The notes beneath the pieces were generated by a model. The model was given only the letters and a program-made list of their open reading frames with translations. It was not told the DNA's origin and searched no databases. Shown piece by piece: positions 26,978 to 36,800 of a DNA stretch of 64,000 nt. The stretch comes from Phoronis australis. Its lineage: Eukaryota > Animalia > Phoronida. The DNA lies in the NCBI GenBank assembly GCA_002633005.1, contig NMRA01000077.1:186001-250000 (forward strand), given 5' to 3'. The position numbers and the translations under genes are program-made. The first letter of the stretch is position 1. The number at the start of each line of letters is the position of its first letter.

Positions 26978-28217
26978 TTACTCTGCGCGTGTAAGAGCAG
27001 AGTACTGTTGTTCCTGGGTTTTCTTCAATTCTATTCTTCTTATTCTTCTTATTCTTATTCTTCTTCCGACCAACTTTGAGGCTTAATAACTCCAAATTGG
27101 GTGCAGGTACGGTCTTTAAATTCAGCATATGACTTTTGACAGTATATAAATTTTGATTGGTTATATAACCATATTCCATAATGCACAGGAAGAGGTCGTT
27201 TGGTGCAAAGGTCATATAATTTTCAAAATGCTACTCCTCCTTCAGTTTTAAAGCTATCTTTTTCAAATTCGATGCACAGGTATAAGTCAACATGACAATT
27301 TTTAAAAAAATTACTTTTCTAAGTAATCGGGTCATCCAATCAGGTGAAATAGGACAAAGGTCATTAGGTGCAAACTAAAATTTTGAGCTAGAAACTTCAA
27401 ATTCACAGGTCTGATTGTCACAGGTAAATCAAATCGGAATCCAAAGTTTCAGCTCATTTAGTGCAAGCATGGGGTCATTAAGTGCATTTTTCTTCTGAAA
27501 ATTTGACTTTTTCAATCAGCAAGTTTTCTGATGTGTCAACCGTTAGACAACTGTGATTCTCAGCGTTAACCATACTTTTCGTGGGCTTTGCAATAACTCT
27601 CCTAAAGATGCTTAAAATGCACCGGATAAGGTCAATTAGTGCAAAGGTCATGTAACGTTCAAAATGTTATATCTCTTAGGTTTGTCAAGGAATTCTTTTC
27701 AATTTCAGCACACTGGTGTAAGTCAACATGCCAATTGAATACCCTACTTTACTTCACAATAGGCGTAACCAATCAGAAAAATAGGTCAAAGGTCATTGAG
27801 TGCAAACTAAAATTTTGAGCTAGAGACTTCAGAATTACGTATCTGTTTACTAAGTGCGATTGAATTTGAATTCTAAATTTTCAGGTCATTTAGTGCACCC
27901 ATGGGGTCATTAGGTGCATTTTTCTTCTGAAAGTTTGACAAATTCATTCATTTTGTATTCTGAAGTGCTCAAAGTAAAACATTTGTGATTGTTAGCATTA
28001 ACCACACTTTTAATCGAGTTAACAATTACTCCCTCATCGGGGCTCATAACACACCGGAAGAGGTCAATTAGTGGAAAGGTCATCAAAAATTTAATATGTA
28101 ATTTCTCATGCAATTTTAAAGAATTTCTTTTCATATTGGTAAACGGGTTGCTCTCAGTAACTTCCCATAATAATTTCAGTCCATTATTGTCACACCGTGA
28201 CAATAATCTTTCTAGTT
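26978..28217 (-). mobile_element. HINE copy 3, full length
   Basis: 3' hairpin and microsatellite at 26978-27065. 5' palindrome and TCTTTCTAGTT at 28183-28217. Confidence 0.9.
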
Positions 28218-29462
28218 ACTCTGGGCGTGTAAGCGCAGAGTACTGTTGTTCCTGGGTTTTCTTCAATTTTATTCTTATTCTTCATCTTTTCTTCTTCCGA
28301 CCATCTTTGAGGCTTAATAACTCCAAATTGGGTGCAGGTACGGTCTTTAAATTCAGCATATGGCTTTTGACATTATATACATTTTGATTGGTTATATAAT
28401 GATATTCCATATTGCACCGGAAGAGGTCGTTTGGTGCAAAGGTCATATAATATTCAAAATGCTACTCCTCCTTCAGTTTTAAAGCTATCTTTTTTAAATT
28501 CCGTGCACAGGTATAAGTCAACATGACAATTTAAAAAATTACTTTTCTAAGTACTCGGGTCATCCAATCAGGTGAAATAGGTCAAAGGTCATTAGGTGAA
28601 AACTAAAATTTTGAGCTAGACACTTTAAAGTGACAGGTCTGATTGCCACAGGTAAATCAAATCAGAATCCAGTTTCAGGTCATTTAGTGCAAACGTGGGG
28701 TCATTAGGTGCATTTATCTTCTGAAAATTTGACCTTTTCAACCAGCAAGTATTCTGAAGTGACAACCGCTAGGAAACTATGATTCTCAGCGTTAAACACA
28801 TTTTCCATGGGCTTTGCAACAATTCGCCTAAGATGGTTAAAATGCACCGGATAAGGTCAATTAGTGCAAAGGTCATGTAACGTTCAAAATGTTATATGTC
28901 TTACGTTTTTCAAGGAATTCTTTTCAATTTCAGCTCATTGGTGTAAGTCAACATGTCAATTAAATACCCTACTTTACTTTGCAATAAGCCTAACCAATCA
29001 GAAAAAATAGGTCAACGCTCATTGAGTGCAAACTAATATTTTGAGTTAGAGACTTCAGAATTACGTATCTGTTTACTAAGTGCGATTGAGTATGAACTCT
29101 ATATTTTCAGGTCATTTGGTGCACCCATGGGGTCATTAGGTGCATTTTTCTTCTGAAAGTTTGACCACTTCATTCATCTTGTATTCTGAAGTGCTTAAAG
29201 TAAAACATCTGTGATTATTAGCATTAACCACACTTTTAATCGAGTTAACAATTACTCCCTCATCGGGGCTCATAATGCACCGGAAGAGGTCAATTAGTGG
29301 AAAGGTCATCAAAAAATTAATATGTATTTTCTCCTACAATTTTAAAAAATTCCTTTTCATATTGGTAAACGGGTTGCTGTCAGTAACTTCCCATAATAAT
29401 TCCAGTAATAACGCACGCGCTGGGTCCGTTATTGTCACGCCGTGACAATAATCTTTCTAGTT
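28216..29462 (-). mobile_element. HINE copy 4, full length, abutting copy 3 head-to-tail
   Basis: The junction TCTAG-TT-ACTCTGGGCG shares the TT. Same internal structure as the other copies. Confidence 0.9.
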
Positions 29463-31431
29463 CTTCTTATTCTTAGTCTTATTCTTATTTTTCTTCCGAC
29501 CAACTTTGAGGCTTGATAACTCCAAATTGAGTGCAGGTACGGTCTTTAAATTCAGCATATGACTTTTGACAGTATATAAATTTCGATTGGTTATATAATC
29601 ATATTCCATATTGCACCGGAAGAGGTCGTTTGATTTAAAGGTCATATAATTTTCAAAATGCTACTCCTCCTTCAGTTTTAAAGCTATCTTTTTCAAATTC
29701 GGAACACAGGTGTCACGTTTTTCCCCGTGTGTGGGTGGGCGCAGGTTGTTACAGACCGGTGCTAATAGCTTTCGGTGCGAAGATTGACTGAAGACTGGTT
29801 CGAGTTAATCCTTTATTAATCCCGACCGTACGTTCACAAGCCTACTCAAACAAAACGTCCGACGTAATGTCTGTTTATGCTCCAGCCAGTGCTGCGAAGC
29901 CTTGACTTGTATTGAACTTCTGAGATACTTCCAGCAACTGTTACACTCGATTCAATAACCTGCTGTCTCTATAGCTGGCTCTCTATTGACTATCGCTGTA
30001 ACTGCTGATTCTCTTCAGTGCAACTCAACTGTAGTTCTCCTGATTAACTTGCTTGAACTTACTTGATCTCTCGACTTGATCTTCTTGGACTCAACTGACA
30101 TAATCTGACTAACACAAACCCGTGCTTGTGTATTTATAGCCTGATGCATTGTTCTAGAACTTTTCATCAATTCAAGCACACACCAGAACTTCCTGGAACC
30201 TACCCAATCATTCTACAAACATGTACTAGTCTCTAGAATATTCCAAACTTCATCAATCACTGTCATGCTAGAGTCTTCTAGAAAGTTCCACACTATACTG
30301 TAGTAAACAAATTACATCATCACTGTTCTGACCTCAGTCTTCTAGAAAGTTACATACTATTCTGTAGTAAACAAATTACATCATCATTGTACTTAACTCA
30401 GGGGCCATGCAAATCAAACTGAATAACAAAACAAAACAGTACAACTAATAATACTGTCAGACTATATTCTGACAACAGGTATAAGTCAAAACGACAATTT
30501 AAAAAATTACTTTTCTAAGTAATCGGGTCATCCAATCAGGTGAAATAGGTCAAAGGTCATTAGGTGCAAACTAAAATTTTGAGCTAGACACTTCAAATTG
30601 ACAGGTCTGATTGCCACAGGCAAATCAAATCGGAATCCAGAGTTTCAGGTCATTTAGTCCAAACATGGGGTCATTAGGTGCATTTTTCTTCTGAAAATTT
30701 GACCTTTTCAATCAGCAAGTTTTCTGATTTGTCAACCGTTAGACAACTGTGATTCTCAGTGTTAAACACATTTTCCATGGGCTTTGCAATAATTCTCCTA
30801 AAGATGGTTAAAAGGCACCGGATAAGGTTAATTAGTGCAATGGTCATGTAACATTCAAAATGTTATATCTCTTACGTTTTTCAAGGAATTCTTTTCAATT
30901 TCAGCACACTGGTGTAAGTCAACATGCCAATTGCATTCCCTAATTTACTTCGCAATAGGCTTAACCAATCAGAAAAAATAGGTCAAAGGTCATTGAGTGC
31001 AAACTAAAATTTTGCGCTAGAGACTTCAAAATTACATATCTGTTCACTAAGTGCCATTGAGTTTGAATTCTAAATTTTCAGGTCATTTGGTGCACCCATG
31101 GGGTCATTAGGGGCATTTTTCTTCTGAAAGTTTGACCAACTCATTCATCTTGTATTCTGGAGTGCTTAAAGTAAAAAACTGTGATTATTAGCATTAACCA
31201 CACTTTTAATAGAGTTAAAAATTACTCCCTCATCGGGGCTCATAATGCACCGGAAGAGCTCAATTAGTGGAAAGGTCATCAAAAAATTAATATGTAATTT
31301 CTCCTACAATTTTAAAGAATTCCTTTTCATATTGGTAAACGGGTTGCTGTCAGTAACTTCCCAAAATAATTTCAGTAATACGTACGCGCAGAGTCTATTA
31401 ATGTCACGCCGTGACAATAATCTTTCTAGTT
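29461..31431 (-). mobile_element. HINE copy 5 (no 3' hairpin; interrupted by a solo LTR)
   Basis: Begins directly in the microsatellite at 29461, resumes after the insertion at 30475, and ends with the 5' terminus TCTTTCTAGTT at 31431. Confidence 0.88.
29711..30474 (-). mobile_element. Solo LTR (764 bp) with a 5-bp TSD
   Basis: Termini TGTCA...TGACA. ACAGG is duplicated at 29706-29710 and 30475-30479. Minus-strand TATAAATA (~30131-30138) precedes AATAAA (~29812-29817). Internal TCTAGAA-rich direct repeats. Confidence 0.9.
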
Positions 31432-31499
31432 TGATAATTGGCCTGCTTTTTGTCAACAGACAAAAGAGTGTTCTTGGCAGTTAACAAAGAAGCTAGATG

Positions 31500-31790
31500 T
31501 TATCACACGCTCAGAACCCCCTACGCCTGGTAATGTCAATGAACGGGAAAACGCTGTCATGAAATGTCAAAGGTCCACCGATCTAGAAATTCGAACCACC
31601 CCCGCTCAGTGCTGGCTACGGGCTTGCTTCCTCTCCATCGTCCACGTGACCTTGGTTGGCGAAGACTACAAGTTCCTCTCGATTGATATCGGCTGTGATG
31701 GTTCCAGCAAAGATGTCAATGGGTTAGACCTGAAAGCCTGGAGCGTCCGAACAACATATGCAGTCTCCCCGAAGAGAAATCTCTACCTGG
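31500..31790 (+). pseudogene. PIF/Harbinger transposase (HARBI1-like DDE) fragment
   Basis: FLSIVHVTLVGEDYKFLSIDIGCDGSSKD matches the Harbinger consensus FFSIVLMALVDA.YKF..VDIG..GS.SD. Degenerate. Confidence 0.65.
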
Positions 31791-32506
31791 TGATGTTTTT
31801 TTGTTCCGTGCTGAATAATAGGTGACAATGTTTTGGGATCAACCTGATGAACCCGTTTTCCACCAGCCGTGTGTATTGGCGTGGCCATTTGGTGTCAATT
31901 TTGGGACGCGTGCGAAGCCAGGATTTGACGGGTACACTTTCAGATGGGGCGTGAAGAAAATTTTTAAATGCGCTTTACGCATTGTGCTTTTATATTTAAA
32001 ATGAGATTTTATTTTCAAAATTGAAGCGGTTATGAACCTGCGTTCTGTCTTTTGATTTAGATCGTTTACCGTTATAAAATTGCTCTCAAGTGGTTGTTTA
32101 CTCAGAAAAGAAATGATTTGGGTCTATTGCTTTAGACCATGCTTGACGAATACAATAACAGTCGGTGACAGATCACCCTGTAGAGCTTGGTCTCAAGCAG
32201 TAACGAACTGTCATTTTTTAAGCCCAGAATTCGCAGAACCTTTTGAGACCAACGTCATAAGAGTAAGCGGTGAAAATCAGAAGGTGTTTTTTGTGACGGG
32301 AGGCGTGTTTATAACCGCTTTAAGCACAAATTGTACTCAATACAATTTGTTTGTTTTATAATTTGCTCCGCACACATAATAAGCATGACATTCGGATCAA
32401 GTCGAACAAAATTTTCAATATCAGCAATCGACTAGCTATACATAATAATTACAAAATATTTCAGTATTTAGAGGTCAAAGATCCACCCAATAGTAGTTTC
32501 CCTTAC

Positions 32507-32837
32507 CGTGCATGGAATTTGTGTTTACCATATGCGACCATCCTTCTTCTTGAGACACTGCGTACAAATACGGATTGACCAAGTCTGTCTCACTGATCTC
32601 GCACGTTGTGGATTGATGATGGTAGTTCACAAACGTACAGTTTGTTGCAAACCGCTTAATACAGAGATGTACGCAATATGTGTAAGTGTTGACGCCGGAG
32701 ACTGACATAGATGCGGCGCCAGTCACGCGAGTATCGAACTTCAAAATGGGCTTTACCAAAGTCAATTCAATGGCTTGAGTTGAACAGGTCACTTTATGTA
32801 CAGTGAGGCAAATCAAAGCGATTATTTTCACTTGCAT
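32507..32837 (-). CDS. First coding exon: signal peptide + PAN/apple domain of a secreted protein
   Basis: MQVKIIALICLTVHKVTC is a signal-like N-terminus. YCVHLC..NCTFVNYHHQSTTCEIS..GWSH shows PAN cysteine spacing. Donor CACG|GTAAGG at 32506 is phase 1 and compatible with exon 11669-11473. A CAG acceptor just before the ATG suggests an upstream UTR exon. Confidence 0.8.
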
Positions 32838-33654
32838 TTCTGATTGAATACGTGCTCACGAAAATTCAAAGATGTCACCTGACAGATTTCTCACTTTGCA
32901 ATGATATTTGACATTAACTGATGGACTTATTGTCCGATCAATACGGAGACTGTTGGCTCCACCCACCGTAAAGACGCAGCGTCCTGTCACACCGTAAGTT
33001 CTGCCTCGATACCAAGGCTCACATTCGTTTACACAGACAACACATGGAATCCCAAACGTATTATATGCATTACACCGCGTGCACTCTTTACTGATGATCT
33101 CCGATAACATGAAAATTTTCAAAGGCAATTTCAAAGTGCTATTTATTCATTCTTTTAGCTACAAAATGTTTCTAGGTTTACTTTGTGAAGTGTTATAACC
33201 ATAGAACGTGGTTGTCACACGTAAGGGCTTAACAAGTTTTTTCTTTATTTTTGAGAGCTAAGTACTCATGCTATAATCTCAGAACTGATACTCTTTTGAA
33301 CAGAACTTCCAAATATCATACGAAAATTTTCACGTCTGCGGAAATTACGTTGATTTCCATGAATAGTCACGTTTCGCAGGATAGACAGTCATGTGACCTG
33401 AAAAAAACGTCAGGCCATTATGCGACATTTTGGTACCGAAGGCAATAAATTTTTAATAGATTAGAACCAAGTCCAACAAATATTGGAAGTGAGAATGCAA
33501 AGGTAGTTTTACACGAAAATGAATCTCTGGATAAGTTCTTGATATTTCAGACGAAAATGAATCTCTGGATAAGTTCTTGATATTTCAGACACGCAGTATA
33601 TTTGTGCAATAAACTTGCGTCAAGAAAAGCGCATTTACAATGCGAACACTGGTT

Positions 33655-33656
<2 letters not shown>

Positions 33657-33716
<60 letters not shown>
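33657..33716. repeat. (CA)n(TA)n microsatellite
   Basis: About 25 CA units followed by TA repeats. Confidence 0.98.
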
Positions 33717-33717
<1 letters not shown>

Positions 33718-33894
33718 ATGCGTTTTGTTACTCAACAACTCTGTCTCGAGATTATTTATGGACATGAAAATGAAACGATTTGAATTTTCCTCCCGTTCGA
33801 CCAGAAGGCAGTTTGGACGTCTGATCCCCCACTCGATTAGATGTCTGGCCAATATTGTTAGTGTGAGAGGCCTATATTCTAGATGTGCGATTTG

Positions 33895-36800
33895 TAGACC
33901 GGCAGCCCAGAACACTTAGCAAAGATGAACGAGGTACCAATATCTGACCAAGGGAGCATTTAGAGTCCACCTCAGTATGTATAGAAATGGACGTCTGCCG
34001 CTGTCTGCACTCTGGGTGTGACCCTTACAAAGGGCTCAAAAAATGAGCTAGAATAGATATTCGAGGTACCAACCAACACTGATTTAAAACAAACAGTAGC
34101 ACCGCACTGAACACTGAATGACCCATGACAGGCAAATTGCATTCTGGAATGGGTCTGGCAGAAACCAAAAAAGGACACCCCAAAAATGAGCTACAACATA
34201 CATTCGAGGTAACACACAAAACCAATTCCATATCATTCAATACATGTCAAAGATCACTAAATTTCCTATGACAGACAAATTACACTCCGGATTGTGCCCG
34301 GCAGAAACCCCCAAAAATCTCAACCATGGTATGCCATCAAAAAATTGAGCTAGACTAGATTTTCGAGGTACCGGCCAAAACTGATTTTAAACGAACAAAA
34401 GTACCCCACTGAACAACAAATGATCCATGACAGACAAATTGTACTCTGGAATGGGTCCGACAGAAACCAAAAAGGAGCCCCCAAAAATGAGCTAGCACAT
34501 ACATTCGAGGTACCACACAAAACCAATTCCATATGACTCACTACATGTCACAGATCACTAAATGCCCTATGACAGACAGCTTACACTCTGGATTGTGCCC
34601 GGCAGAAACCCCCAAAAATCTCAACCACGGTATGCCATCAAAAATTTGAGCTAGACTACATTTTCGAGGTACCGGCCAAAACTGGTTTTAAACGAACAAT
34701 AGTACCGCACTGAAAACCAAATGACTCATGACAGACAAATTTTACTCTGGAATGGGTCCGGCAGAAACCAAAAAAGGCCCCCGCCCAAAAAAAAATGAGC
34801 CAGTACATACAGTCGAGGTACCACACAAAACCAATTCCATGAGGTTCAATACATGTCACAGGTCAATAAATGCCCTATGACAGACAAAATACACTCTGGA
34901 TTGTGCGTGGCTGAAAACCCTCAAAAAGTATATGCTATCGAAACTTTAAGGTACATTAGATACCCGAGGTACCGGCTGAAACTGACTTAAAACCAATAAT
35001 CGTGCCGCACCATGTGACCCATGACAGACAACAAATTGTGCTCTGAAAGGCGTCGCCAGAAACTCAATCACACCGTAAAAGGAGCCATGTCATCATTCGG
35101 GTACCACAATAAACAACTAGAAAGATTATTGTCACGGCGTGACAATAACGGACTCTGCGCGTGCGTATTACTGGAATTATGGGAAGTTACTGACAGCAAC
35201 CCGTTTACCAATATGAAAAGGAATTCTTTAAAATTGTAGGAGAAATTACATATTAATTTTTTGATGACCTTTCCACTAATTGACCTCTTCCGGTGCATTA
35301 TGAGCCCCGATGAGGGAGTAATTGTTAACTCGATTAAAAGTGTGGTTAATGCTAATAATCACAGATGTTTTACTTTAAGCACTTCAGAATACAAGATGAA
35401 TGAAACTTTCAGAAAAAAATGCACCTAATGAAACCATGGGTGCACCAAATGACCTGAAAATTTAGAATTCAAACTCAATCGCACTTAGTAAACAGATACG
35501 TAATTCTGAAGTCTCTAACTCAAAATATTAGGTTGCACTCAATGACCTTTGACCTATTTTTTCTGATTGGTAAAGCCTATTGCAAAGTAAAGTAGGGTAT
35601 TCAATTGGCATGTTGACTTACACCAGTGTGCTAAAATTGAAAAGAGTTCCTTGACAAACCTAAGAGATATAACATTTTGAACGTTGCACGACCTTTGCAC
35701 TAATTGACCTTATCCGGTGCATTTTAAGCGTCTTTAGGCGAATTATTGCAAAACCCATGGAAAATGTGTTTAACGCTGAGAATCACAATTGTCTAACGGT
35801 TGACACATCAGAATGCTTGCTGATTGAAAAGGTCAAATTTTCAGAAGAAAAATGCACCTAATGACTCCATGTTTGCACTAAATGACCTGAAACTTTGGAT
35901 TCCGATTTGATTTACCTGTGGCAATCAGACCTGTCAATTTGAAGTGCCTAGCTCAAAATTTTAGTTTGCACCTAATGACCATTGACCTATTTCACCTGAT
36001 TGGATGACCCGATTACTTAGAAAAGTATTTTTTAAATTGTCATGTTGACTTATACCTGTGTGCCGAATTTGAAAAAGATAGCTTTAAAACTGAAGGAGGT
36101 GTAGCATTTTGAAAATCATATGACCTTTGCACCAAACGACCTCTTCCGGTGCAATATGGAATATCCTTATATAACCAATCAAAATTTATATACTGTCAAA
36201 AGTCATATGCTGAATTTAAAGACCGTACCTGCACCCAATTTGAAGTTATTAAGCCTCAAAGTTGGTCGGAAGAAGAATAAGAATAAGAAGAATAAAATTG
36301 AAGAAAACCCAGGAACAACAGTACTCTGCGCTTACACGCACAGAGTAATAAAATTGAAGAAAACCCAGGAACAAAAGTATTCTGCGCTTACACGCGAAAA
36401 GTAATAAGAATAAAGTTGAAGAAAACCCAGGAACAACAGTACTCTGCTCTTTCACGCGCAGAGTAACAATGCCGTGTGATAAATACAGTGTAGATGTTAC
36501 GGGTTACCAAATACCCTATGACAGTTAAAACCAAGTGTGGGTTGTGCTCACCAGACCCAGAAATCTCAAAACCAAGTGTGGGTTGTGCTCGCCAGACCCA
36601 GAAATCTCAACTACCGGTAAGTAATTTTGAAACTATAAGACATATTAGATGATGAGTTTATACTTTTGCATCTACTGAGCTCTCGCACTGGTAATTGTCA
36701 AATGGATGATGGCGGAGAGTAAGCATTTTGGAAAGTACCTGATAAGAGTAAAACTTTGGGATACCAGGAACTGTCTAAAACCAACCCACTCAATGAAGTT

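Noticed and set aside
25425-36404. Recurrent ORFs such as MTFAPNDLFRCNMEY..KKNKNKKN and MSRRDNNGL..
   Set aside because: Chance frames within HINE copies. The Lys/Asn run is the AAGAAT microsatellite, and stops and frames vary between copies.
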